Assembly (NCBI GenBank): GCA_037379345.1
Contig: CM074520.1
Coordinates: 6,696,001-6,760,000 of the forward strand
From: Perna viridis
Taxonomy: Eukaryota
Direction of reading: 5' to 3'
Length of the DNA: 64,000 nucleotides
Shown here: in pieces, positions 38,114 through 50,959 of the stretch
Numbering within the stretch: position 1 is the stretch's first letter
Layout: each line of letters begins with the position of its first letter
The notes under the pieces: model-generated
The model's input: the letters and a program-made list of their open reading frames with translations, nothing else
The model's database searches: none
What the model was told of the DNA's origin: nothing
Made by a program: the position numbers and the translations under genes

Positions 38114-40416
38114 ACCATCATCGCTCAAGTCATGGTTTTATTCACCTGGTATGTCTGAAATAAAAGAAATTTTTGTTTTTAATTACAGCTTAAAATTCTA
38201 AATGTCCAAAAATATAAGCATAAATGATTAATACAGACTCTTTTTATGACATGTTTTTTATTTTTTTTTATTTTTATGAATTTGAAAACATTTTTACATG
38301 AATTCTAATGTTGTTTTTTTCCAATCTGTATCCATCAATACAAGACAGTTATAAAAAGATATGTAAATAATGAAACATACAAATATACAAACTTTGCTTT
38401 TTATACATACACAGCTTAAAGTTTATTGGCAACTTTATCGTTTTTCTATTGTTCTTACTGCCTGATATTTTTTATCTCAGCCTACTGCAATGACTTAAAA
38501 AATATCAGCAATCTGCAATGACAATGTCACATCAAGTTGACGTTTCCAATGAACAGAAGAAAGTCAGCTTTGAACATCTTGACAGAACAGTACATCCTGC
38601 TCTGTCATATTCAATCTGATATTTTCTGTCTTCACTACAAAACTGTCATTATTTTGTATTTATAAATATTAGTACAAAAATAAACCCAACAAAACTATTT
38701 AATATCTGTGCCTCATGTTATAGAATTGTTATATACTTCTTATTCATGAACTAGTGACACATTTAGTTAAGACTCAAAAAAGATCCTAAATTCCATTCAC
38801 GTTTAATTTATAATTAATGATTTAACAACTTTGTTCCAGATTCTTTAAATTATAGGATAAATTTGTAATGTGACGGAGACTTTTCTGGCCTAAACAAGTT
38901 CTACTTCGTAACAAAAAAGAACTTGGTCGTAACAAAATTGTTGATACTATAGTTGTACATGTTATTTGCAAACCCAAGAAAGTGAGAAACATTTACCATA
39001 AATATAACTACATTTTTTTATAATATTGATCATGCATTTAAAAATAATCATATACAGTGACAAGCTGCCACATAAGTTCCGCTTCGATTTTCTATTATAA
39101 ATTTATATCAACATCTATATAAAGTTGGTGACTCAAACCACACGACAGATGTTTTAGTAAAATGCATTCTACTAAGGCTGGGCTCATAATACATTATATG
39201 AAGCATTAAATAGCCATTTGATAAGAACTTATAAGTACTTGTATGGGGGGTTCGTGCACCAGATAATGTTTATGTCAGCATTAATTTCAAGTCTTTATAA
39301 GTACTATTGATTTGTAAGTCATGTGTACACTTCATTAACAAACAAATTGAAGGTAATAAAACCAGGAAGTAAATCACACCTGCCTCTTATTCACTTCAAA
39401 GGTAATCAAAGACTAAAGTAGGCTGCCAAAATATCATCAATTGTAAAAGGTCAAGAATAAAATTGGTGAATTCAGTCATGACTTAGAAATGGTCTCACAA
39501 CAGGCATTCTGTACATTGCATGAATTAAGTATTGGTTTTAGCAAACCACTATAATAAATTACAGCACTGAGCAGTGTTGTGAATTAAACTGTAAGGAACT
39601 TTTAATTCAGAATGTACCCTTGTTCTTTTGGGACAAAGCCTCACTTTGAAAGCGAGGTCATGCTGAAATGAATTTCCACCTCTGTAGACAGTAGTTAAAA
39701 TTCAGTGTGTTTTTGTTTTTGAACTTACACTCCTTGTTTTTGTTTTTTTAATCAACATATGAAAAGAAGACTTAATGATGTGTATTCATTATGCAGGTTT
39801 TTCTCATAAGCACAAGTACATGTACATGTATATAAAATCTGCAATCTTCTAAATATGATGACAGACCAGTGTCACATCCATACCAATACAGTATGAAATT
39901 TTCAGTGCAATAAAGTGCTTATCAATTTTGTGACCTAAATGATGAAAGAAATATACAAGTACATGCACATGAAAACTTCTGTCTAACCCATCCACCTAAG
40001 TACATGTACATTTGTACAATAAAATCTCCTTTTAAGAAAGGATAGTTTGATATAAAACTATAAATAAACTAAGGATAAGGATCTCCCCACCACCAGTCCA
40101 TATGACAAGGATCTCCCCATCCAGCATACGAATGCCCAAACCATACCTGTACATGTGTGTGTGAACAGCAGGAAAACTGCTCTAATGCCTTAAAGTAGGG
40201 CCTAGAAAAACTTAATGAGCATACCCTAATTCATTGCATCTTGATAAATCAGAAAATGAATGCACTGAACCTGCCAAAACAATGATGTCAAAAGTTTAAC
40301 AAACACCATATTAACCAATTCAAAACAGACAGTCGAAAAACAACTATGTGTATAATAAATACTTGTGCATGTTTACTTAGGTTATTTACTGGACTACTTG
40401 CAATGCAAAGAAACAT

Positions 40417-40534
40417 AAATTGGTTTGGTTTTAGCAGGTGCTGTGTTTACCAGTGTTCAAAATTCATTTATAACATGTTATAAATGAATTTTGAACACTG
40501 GTAAACACAGCACTTGCTAAAACCAAACCAATTT
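40417..40534. repeat. 118-bp spacerless palindrome (one mismatch) in the sprouty intron
   Basis: aaattggtttggttttagcaggtg..ttataaca|tgttataa..cacttgctaaaaccaaaccaattt, centred at 40475/40476. Confidence 0.95.
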
Positions 40535-43500
40535 TACATCTTAAGTCCAAAAAGGTTTGGTTTAGACAGGATTCATTGTATGTTCAGATCATTTAACATT
40601 TTAACATTTTTTTTAATCTTTGAAATCTGCTAAAAATTTTGGAATGGGCACAGGGTAAAAGAAACCATACTTGTATTTTCAACTTAAGGTAGAATGGGAT
40701 TAAAGAAATAAGAAATGGTTTTGGATACAAAAAAAAATATCAAATGTCAAAATTTTGGAAGAAAAAATTAGATCACAATAAAAATGTTTCCAAAGTGAAT
40801 ACTAACTTTACACAATTTAGTACTTACACTTTTGGATTTGTTCTAGCACAGTACACAATATAGTTGTAATAAGGATACACTCAGAGCATACATTTGTCAT
40901 GCTACAAACATGTAATGTGACTGAAAAGTTAGTTTAAGTAGCAGGTTAACACTAAGGGTCACAAAAAAAAAGAACAAAACAAAAACAAAAGGGGCAAGGG
41001 AGAGGATTTTGTTTATTTTTAAAAATATTTCATTCTGAAACTACAAGTACATTTGTATTAACAACATACATGACTTGCTTTCCACTTTGCCACTAACAAA
41101 CCATTGTATATAAAATCCAGTCAAGGTTATTCTTCATCATGACTTCCCTCCCAATTCCCTCAAAACCATTCTATCAAAAACTTCCCTCCCCATTCCCTCA
41201 AAAACATAAAATAACAGGAAATGAAACCTTTAAGCAATTCAAGAAAATGGTTAATTTGGAAAGAACAAAAATATTTGGGAAAGAGTAGATGATTTTCAAA
41301 GAGAAAATCTACAATGTACATGTGTACATGCTAAATTAAAATACACATGTAGATATGTGAGAGCTGAAAACCACCAATAAGCAAAGTGTACATGTGTATA
41401 CATTTATACATTGTAACATTGTTTTAGAATTATTTTTTTCACACCTAATTAGCCTTCACTCAAGCATACTAAAATTCATAACTCAGAAACAAAAAAAAAA
41501 AAAAAAACAAACAAACAAAAAATTTATGGATGAAGCATGTGGCTGCATACATGTACTTGCTGACATGTACAAGAATGTCTACATCACAAATGTATATCTT
41601 TGAATTCAGTACTTGAAAACTATGAAACTGGTTTTTGCAAGGAGGAAGTACTTGTAAATTGAACATACCTGAAGGTTTTCATCAACTAATATGTTTGATA
41701 TACTATGTACAGTATTTATTTCTATGGCTATGCAAGTTAATGAATTAGTACAAGTAGAGGTTTGTAATTCTACTTAAATCTCATTACTTGTAAAAACATT
41801 TCACCTTGACCTTAATTCACTTAACCTAAATAAAACCAATTCATAGTACATGTACATGTTCAGATGCATGTAAAGATGAAGAAAAAAATTGGTAGTCCTG
41901 TAGTTTCTACCACTTAAAGTAAAAAACCCAAGTTTTGTTTAAGTGCTCGTGTAACATTGACCCTTGAGAAGATTTATGCTTGTTTCATAGATATGTTCAT
42001 AATTTACCCCCTTATTTACCACAAAGGAATACCACTAAAATCAGAGGCTCAGCTGAAGATGATCAGTTGTGGTAGTGTATTAGTAAACTGTACATGAAAC
42101 TAAATCACAAGTTTCCTGTGTACCTTTGAGAATGAAGAATCCAGTAATGTTAAGAGTGATAAAAGAAATTTTTGGGTCTCCTCGTCTGCATGGAAACTTA
42201 AATACATGTATAAAGATAGAGAACTTGAGGTTCACAATGTTTGAAGAACTTTTGGTGATCCCTGAAAGTATTTACTATTTTGCACATATATCTAGTTTCA
42301 CCATATCCCTCTAAATTCTACAATCTCCACACAGGAGATGGAGTATATGTCTCTACCCAACACAGAAGAGTCATCATTTCAGATTTCTGCACTGAATAGA
42401 ATGTACCAAATAATTCTAGCAGTTAAATAACACTTCAATTATGTAAAAAAAAACATAGAATTAAATTATTGAAAGGATTCAAGATAGCAGTTGACACTGT
42501 AGTGACTGCTGAGAGACATTAAGGTTTAGGTTGATGGTAGTGTACATTATGTACATGTACATACATAAATACTGTATATCTAAAACATTACCAAACACCT
42601 TACAAAACTTATAAATGTAAATGAGATAATGTTTACAATGTACATGTATCTTTTAAAGGTCAAAGTCAAGCCTCATGATGACAGAACTACATGTACATGT
42701 ATCTAATCCATGCCATACGTATAGTTAAATGTACATGTATTGCTAAATAAGAACTGACAGGTGTGAACTGACACACTTGTAATTTAATTAAAGCAATTTA
42801 TTACATGTACATTTAGAAAGACAACCAGATTAATGAACCACTTGTAGTTTTTTCTGCAGCTTTCCAACCTTCAGTCAAGTTCAGTTTTAAGTACATTACA
42901 TGTACAAGTAAGAGATTTCACAGGACTGAGGCCACATTTTAGTGGTCATTTCAATGTACACATGCATGTACTGCAAAAGAATTCTTAAATTTTAATTTCA
43001 AATGGAGTGAAAATTAGCCTATAGAGCAATGGACAAATCTCAAACTGTAACAAAATAATTCTCTCCTACTGCTTCCACTTGGGGCTTTGAACATGAACTA
43101 ACTTTCAATTCAGTTTATCTCCCTTTGTAAGCATACAGTTCATTGTACATGTACATATACATGTAATGTATAAGAATATTAAGTAATTATCTACATTTTG
43201 TATTTTTATGCACATTAATGTACATTGTACATGCATGACATCATTTAACTTTCAATAAATTTCATCAGACCCCCCCCTCCCCACAAAAAAAAAGAAAAAC
43301 ACACTTTAAGAGGAGTTCTATGTGTATACTAAGTAAATTGACAGAAAATCTGACAAACAAGAATGGTAATCAAGATATAAGCATATTCTAATCCTTTTTA
43401 GTTTAAAATTCTCGATACATACATGTACATGTACAAATGTACTGCAGGACAAAAAATGATGTTACAATCAACATGAAATTACTGTGTTATTTTTTTTCAT

Positions 43501-45167
43501 TTACAAGTGGGTGACAAAATGTTGTCCACAAATTCACTAATTGACATTGAATATACAGTCCATGTACATTACTATTATACTTGTACAACACATAATATTG
43601 TACATGTATACTGTATAAATTATATAGGTGTCCTTTTAAGATTTCCCATGACCAGTCATGTCAGTGAATGGTACAAGAACTTAAACAGATACATGCATTA
43701 AGGAGCCAGTCACATATTTCACTAGTAAAAATTCTTTAGGTCTTCCAAATAATATTGTTGCTATCCTCAATCCCCTCACAACTCAGCACAAATGGTAGAG
43801 CTTACAGTATTTTACTGCCATACAAATCAAATATCATTTCATATGATATTAGACTGATTGGCCTTGCTCATTGTTTTCACTTCATTAAAAATAAATTCAT
43901 TGCCCTACCTATAGAGTACACATGTACCCACACTTGGCTTTGGTTAGGTCCCGGATTTATTAATTGAAGATTCACAATGTACTCCATATATATGTACACT
44001 GTACTGTATTTATATGTACACTGTATTTTATAAATTGAGCTTATATTTTTTATCCCATAGGTGTTGTTATCTCTTCAACAAACCCATTCTTGTTATAATT
44101 GTACTTTAAATGGGAGCAGTTCATTATTCCAATTTTTTCATTGAATACAGTAAACTAGTACAATTCAGAATTGTTGTTCCGAGGTTACTAAAGAAATTTA
44201 TTGAAAGGAACCATTTTCAATTTCTGTCAAAGAAATAATATTATTTAAGAATTAGGAAGTATGTAACATACACAGAATTTTTATATAGTTCAGGACAAGA
44301 GCCCAGTTCAGATGTACATTTGTACATCTACATATGCAAGTACAAATGTATAATAGTGAAAATGGTCCCAGTAAAAGCTACATAATCTTTTATTTAAAGT
44401 TAATCAACACACAAAAACTTTATAACAGTGCTTGTATTAGTTGTTAAAGAAATCTTGAGAAAGAAATGTTTCTCTGACTCTTAAGATGTCTTAAGGCTTA
44501 TAATCTAATGTTTGATAACAAATCTGAATATGACTTCCATATCCAAGAGCAGATAGCCAATTAACTCATAAGGTTCCCATTCCCAAAAACATTGAAACAT
44601 TATTCTAGTTCACAACTTTAAAATACAAAATTGTACATAAGGTGAAATTTAAAATTTAACAGTAATTAATGTGCATGTACATTGTATATTTGTATAATTT
44701 TACACTTACTGAATAGTGAACAGTGTATAGTCAGTGCATTAATATTACCATTATAGCCTTAAACATCAGATCATCTTTTTCACATTCATATACAAGATGA
44801 TGAGTGTACACAAGTTGAATTAACAAATTAATACATGATTAATACCATTTTTCAATATATTTTCATTATAAAGGCAGTTTTTTTTGGGGGGGTGAGGGGT
44901 GTGTCTCTTTTTTTTTTTTGGGGGGGGGTGGTGTGTCACAAGCTTTACTTAATATTTCAGGATTAAGTTTGAGTAAGAGTAAATGATAATGCAGTATAGA
45001 TCTGTATATTGCCCCTTTTTGTGATTATGGGTTAATTAAGTTGAAATAAATGTTGTCATGTAGTAAATTATTCAACTTTGAAGTATTATATATTGTTTCA
45101 ATATAATTGGATATGTATTCTCATTGTGTTAAGCTCAATATAGGGAAAAATAATTGGAGACATTTAC

Positions 45168-45622
45168 CTGTATACAAGAAAAAAAACATCACAACGTGAA
45201 ATTCACTGACAAATCCATTCTTCAAAATATATTCTTGGTGTTTTGGATGGAAATTTTGTAAATCCGAACTCTGAAACACACAGAAATGTAGAATTAGTTA
45301 ATTCAAATCCGAAGTTGTAACGGAAATTAAGTGATCATAAAGTAATCCACATCTGGTTAATAGAATCACTCCTTGATCGGCCTACTTTTCCATACTCCGT
45401 ATTATAATCCGGGAAAATAAACCATCCTATTCGGAAGAGTAACACAAATCCTATCGACAATCAATCCTTAAACACGAAAAGTGCGATGTTAAACTATCAC
45501 ATGCGAAAAAAGAATCCCTTACGAAAATGTGTATTCCCGCTCAGTAAAACATCACTGCTTTCCACCAGCGATACACGACACACATAATTTTAGCCGCAGC
45601 CAGCTACAACGTAATTATGAAT
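45168..45622 (-). other. spry: Probable non-coding first exon of sprouty (intron 45167-38155)
   Basis: Strong donor CAG|GTAAAT at 45168/45167. CpG content switches from poor to rich at this point. The non-coding exon plus single coding exon layout is typical of sprouty genes. Confidence 0.6.
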
Positions 45623-46025
45623 GAAGCAGAAATGGACCGTTCTTTCCATATAAAACAAGCAATACTTCGGAATATTTTACATCCAGCAATTAGAATGCAT
45701 CATATATTTGTCACTAAGAACTGTTTCATAGTGCTATTTTGTCAAATTCTTACCTTACGCATGAAAAAATCCCTATTTGGTTTTAGTGCCGTAACCCAAC
45801 ACGTTGACCTCTGTGGAAGAATCTACTCTAATTAGCGTAGGGGTAGGCAGGTTTTAATAAAACACGTGATCCCAGAAATTCATTCATTACCTGGCGCATT
45901 AGATCCGCTGAATAAACAACCTATTTTCGCATGAATGAATATACACAGAGACGGTATTCAATGAATATTGATTCGCCCAATCGTCACAGTTATATGATAT
46001 TAGGAATAATTTATCAATGAATTCG
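45615..46025 (-). promoter_or_regulatory. Putative sprouty promoter: TATA-like box, Inr and five Capicua-type T(G/C)AATGAA sites
   Basis: Minus-strand TTTTATATGG has its TATA T at 45652, 30 nt upstream of Inr TCATTC (A at 45622). Octamers at 45618, 45879 (reverse), 45932, 45958 and 46014. E-box CACGTG at 45863. Confidence 0.6.
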
Positions 46026-46120
46026 CGGAATTTTCATTTTAACAGACCTATGTAACTACCTTAAAGAAAAAACGGGCAAAAAGTATATCATATGGTGAAG
46101 ATCTGTGCACTTCCAAACAC

Positions 46121-46352
46121 GACCGCGAACAGAGAAGGTCTGAAAAAGAGACCATTTGTAGTTGGGATATTTGGTACTATTGTCTGAATTCTCAGTATTA
46201 TGGTATAGTATGAAGGTCTGATTGACCGATAGGGTCCCGGAGACTGAGAACGGCCAACCTACCGGACCGCGGAAGTTTAAAACGAAATCATTTATAGCTG
46301 GGATATCTTGTTATATTATCTGAATTCTCAGTATTACTGTATAGTATAAAAA
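46121..46352. repeat. Diverged direct repeat, two ~90-bp copies ~137 bp apart
   Basis: gaccgcg..cattt(g/a)tag(t/c)tgggatat..tctgaattctcagtatta..gtatagtat occurs twice. Confidence 0.75.
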
Positions 46353-47699
46353 TCCGGTTTTGAGGGTTGGAATACCCCAGCATTCTCTGAGTACGAAAGG
46401 TTGGCCCAGGCTACACCACAGTGAACCACCCTTTGTTGGAAAATTTTGATAGTTTTAGATAAATATGAGTAAACAATAGCATATCTTCATCTTCTTCATT
46501 GATACAGATGCGACATCCCAAGACATCTGTGAACCTATATGATCCTCTTTAAAAAAATTGGATTGATCCTCCCGAAAAAGTTTTAAAAATTTGAAATAGC
46601 TTTGTCGAGCGCCTAAGACTAATATGTAGGACGGTTCAGGGACAAAATGCAGAGACGGATATGTCAGACACTTTGAAAAGGAGGAGTACCAGCCGGTGTT
46701 CCTCAGAAAAAGGGCGGGTGCTATAGCGTATTATTTGCAATTTATTTTTGTCAATTTTACACATGAAAATTGCAACTTTTCCAATCAATAGCGGGTGTCA
46801 ACCCCCTGCATCGCCTCTGGATCTGACACTGAAAAGATAAAATACCATCACTTTCCATCGATGATGGCCAATTACTTTAAAATACCAGTCTCTTAAATAT
46901 ATTCGTCCACTTTTCATGGGTTAATTTAAAATTCCTAAGCTGATCCAGACAGCTCGGAATAAAGGAACCCTGCATCGGCCCAACTCCGGATGCTGACATT
47001 CGCTATGCAACTGGAAGCCATGTTGTTTCGGAATGAGAATAGTATACATCACCAAAATAATGGAGTTGTGTTATTATTAAAAACATATATAGTGGTGGAT
47101 CCAGAGATTTCAGGCTATAAATTTTCCAACAAGGGGAAGAGGGACATTACTAACAGAATCCCCGTAAGGCGCGGTCGTGCGAGATCCGTAAGGATAGTCA
47201 AGACCGTAAAAACACACATTCATCAAGAGGGTCTGCCACTGAGATCTGCGTTAAGAATTCTTTGGTGATTTTATTTGAAAAAAAAAGTGAATCCTGACTT
47301 CCTGTTATTTCTTACACCTGTGTATAATTGCAACACCTGCGTACGTGTCGGATACCCTGACCCATTAGATTGAAGGGAGTGACAACAAGGGGTTACATAA
47401 TTATAATTCAAACCTTCAATTTATCACAAAACTAAAATATCCCACGATATTGTATCGAATCACAGGAAGTCGTTGCAATTTTAAACAAAAAAACTTTATT
47501 ATAATGAAAATGGCTTGCCTGTCAAAAATGTCACGCAAGATAAAATTATTGGAATTTTATTTTGACCTAGAACATTATAATGATTTTGTTAAAAAGGATA
47601 TGATCTGTACAAGCGCGGTGCATTGTCATTTAAAGTGAACTAGTCACCTTTTATTCTATAAATCTGAAATTTTAATCCGTTGCACGTGCAGTGAATACA

Positions 47700-49420
47700 A
47701 TTTCTCGGCAAGGTATGATCATTGTGTATTGCCGCCACTCATGGCCACTGTTTGTTTACGGTAATGAAAGATTCGTCCCATTTCCAATTCCGTTTGCATT
47801 TTTGACATGTAACAAATGGAGTCACTCATACTTCTGGATCTTACATTCATCGGTGCATTGGAACTCAGTCGAAATTTTTTTAGTAATAAATGGTCACACA
47901 ATAGGAGTAGCACCCCTCGCTGGACCATTTTAATCAAACACATGTTATTTTAAGAATAATGAATGAGTGAAAATTAGCCACGTTTAAAGGGTAAAAAGGA
48001 ACTACATACAAACAAAATAGAAATAAAAGGTAAAAAAAATATATAAATATACAATTAAAGAAAATTAGAATATGGGCCCCTGTTATTTTAGACTACTACT
48101 GTTTTGCTCAGCTACACCTTCATTAATTTGGATATTTTATATCTAAATCAAACCGATCGCTTTCTCTGTCCATAGGGACTTGCTCTCATGTTCAAATATG
48201 CAGCTCGACTGTTTATATGCTGCATATGTGGTCATGATACTAGTAAGACAGATAACTTCTCGGATTTGCACAACCACTGCAACTAATTTCGCCAATGTTA
48301 TTGTTCGTGTTAGTCTCTTTGGTCCGTGTTTCGTCGATCTTTGCATTATCAGTAATTTGCAACGCCTTTTACATGTTACGACTAGTCTGAGTTTAACTGC
48401 AACTGATACTATTGTGTTACTTGTACAGGATATGAGGGTATATAAAGGCTTAAAATAATGCGCAACGAGAATAAGGACATTCAGCTGTCGTGACTTAAAA
48501 CACATGAAATTGCCAATGACCGTGAAACATACACAATTTCTTCTAGTTCTATATTCCGATTATTTCGTAACACATATAGCTACTTAAGCAAATACATATA
48601 TGTCCTGATTGCATCTCTTGTCGTTTTTTTACCAAGCCTGGCGCCTTTAACGAATTATACTGAACAACAAAATCATTTGTGAAAAGAATAATATTTTCCC
48701 ACGAGTCCTGTGTTCTGTGTTGCATTGACAGAAGGCTATTTATGTTGTCAAGTTTACCTAAATCCTAAAAAATTAAAATTTGAATTTCCTATTGTGAAAA
48801 ATTGATGCGACAGGTTTTAAAAAAATTCTCAAGCATTGAATGGTCTGCTCCGGCATTGGACACCACCTGTTCGTATTGATTTTTCGTGTGACTTTTTGCC
48901 GTTTTACCTTAGTAAGAAATAACTATAATATCACTTAATAGGTAGCTGTCAAACTATTTCACCTTCGGCTGTATCCAATCATGACTTTTTCGTTGAATTG
49001 GTTCACGAGACAGGTGTTTGGTGTAGCAAAGGTCGGGGACAGTGGCGTGGGAATGGAACGTGGCAGATATATGGTGGAGTAGTTACTAAAGAAGCACGCG
49101 CGCACCTGCTCCCCACAGCAGACGATGATCGAATAGTTGATTTCTATTCGACAAAATGAGCATGAATGAAAGTACATGTTTACTATTATACCCATGGTAA
49201 TGATCAAATCTCGTGTTACAATCGTATTTTGATTTTCCCACGGTATTCAGTGACTCCTAGTGCTTTAACCAGGCGTATTCTTCGTAAGAACAACGACAGG
49301 ACTTTCACCCTTTTAAACACTGCCCCAGGATGGTTGTGTCATAATAGAATTAATGTTTTAAAGAAGTTTTGACGGCTTATTTCCTGACACGAGATACAAA
49401 TGTAGTCGCCATACTCACGA
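47700..49420 (-). pseudogene. Candidate heavily decayed tyrosinase-like pseudogene
   Basis: Colinear fragments across shifting frames: DYICI, VKAL..NTVGKSKYD..RFDH, HAHF, DHRLL, EQVR, VTTPPY, ECPYSRC..LISC..VS, SCSG, GATPIV, SDSICY/VKNA, SGHEWRQY. The order resembles bivalve tyrosinase-like proteins as I recall them. CuB is not recognisable. Confidence 0.4.
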
Positions 49421-50347
49421 ACAGAAGAATGACACGCCTTTAGGCTCACCGATTGTAACGCAAAAAACAGGATTCAGATAAGGACAAAGGGACCACGAGA
49501 AAGGGACAAGACATAATTTAGTATAATCCATACAACTGCTACTTGGCACAATTTAGCTAGCCAAAGAGAGTGGGGCAACCAAAAGCCGAAAATCAGTACG
49601 ACTGTATTGCCTTAATAATCACCACAGACATCTCAAAAACTACTGCTTGAAACGCATACAGTCGAATGAAAGTTAATGAATGGAGAGTAGTAAATCCGGG
49701 GTCCTGGAGTAAAGTTAATTCCGTGTATTTAACAGGGCCCTGAAAATGTTATTAGTAATCGATTTTACAAAGGTGATAGCTGACCTTCCTACATATATGA
49801 CTATACATCAGTTCTATAGTAATAAAGCTTAAATGCAGTAAATGTGCCTTTTCCGAGTTTTATTGTACTAACTAGAAACCGTATATATGCAAAAGATTGT
49901 ATGAAACAAAAAGTAAAGACATTCAACAAAATAGATTTATTCACGAATTTTCATTTTTCTCATAACATAGCACTTTGAAATCCATCGATCATCATAGAAA
50001 TATAGTTGTTCATCGTATAACCCCAGAGCGTTCAATTTCAAATCAATGTCATTACTGGCGTCCTCTAAATTTTTGTCAAAAAATATATGGGCATACAGAA
50101 AATTTATCTACGATTGAAATAAAGTTAATGACAGTGTATTCCTTTCTGGGTGGCCGTATTTGATGACGTCATTTTCCATAACAAAGCTAGAAAGAGCAAC
50201 CTAAAACTAAAGCTAAGTTATTATATAACATTATGCAGTGTTTATAATTTCTGTCAGTGTTTAACTGTGTTTAACTTACTTTGTCATTTATTACCCTCTT
50301 GAAATTACAGACATTAACACTATTCAAATCCATGAACTTTTAAGGGT

Positions 50348-50481
50348 CAGGTCTCGATTTCACAAAAAGTCGTAAGTTTTAAGTTGATCGTAAGTAATGA
50401 CGTCATAAACTAAAATAGCATTCTGACGCCATGATTTACGATCAATTTCACACTTACGACTTTTTGTGAAACCGACACCTG
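50348..50481. mobile_element. Fold-back MITE (~134 bp) with long terminal inverted repeats
   Basis: caggtctcgatttcacaaaaagtcgtaagt..ttgatcgtaa pairs with ttacgatcaa..acttacgactttttgtgaaaccgacacctg. Confidence 0.8.
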
Positions 50482-50959
50482 GCTCTTTCCTGTCCTATAG
50501 AGCGATTACTGAACTATAGTACATTCTACTTATAAATCATGCTCAAACATACATTGTACATCATGCACAACTCTATCTTTAGGGCCTAAAAAAACAGACA
50601 AATCCAGTGAAAAAAAACACATCACATAAATGTAAGATCAGATCCATAAACCTTAAAGAATGCAAAAGGGGCGAGGGCACAATTTTGATAAAAAAAATAC
50701 TTGAAAATTATTGAAAAAATGTTGAAAATGGCACTACACACAATTACCCCCCCCCCCGATCTGTCACAGACCATGCTGGTGTCCCTCTCCAAGTCAACAT
50801 ATGGTTAACCATGGTTAATAAGACAAAGATAGAAATACAATGTTTCTTAAACAAATGACCTAAGTCTTGTAAACATCTGATCAGTCTTCATAAATTACAC
50901 TACAAAAGATAGTTTATACAACAGTTGTTACTAAGACAGAACAAAAGGAGAAATAAATC

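Noticed and set aside
38114-38128. ORF-track start of sprouty at 38128 (270 aa)
   Set aside because: That codon is TTG; the first in-frame ATG is at 38113.
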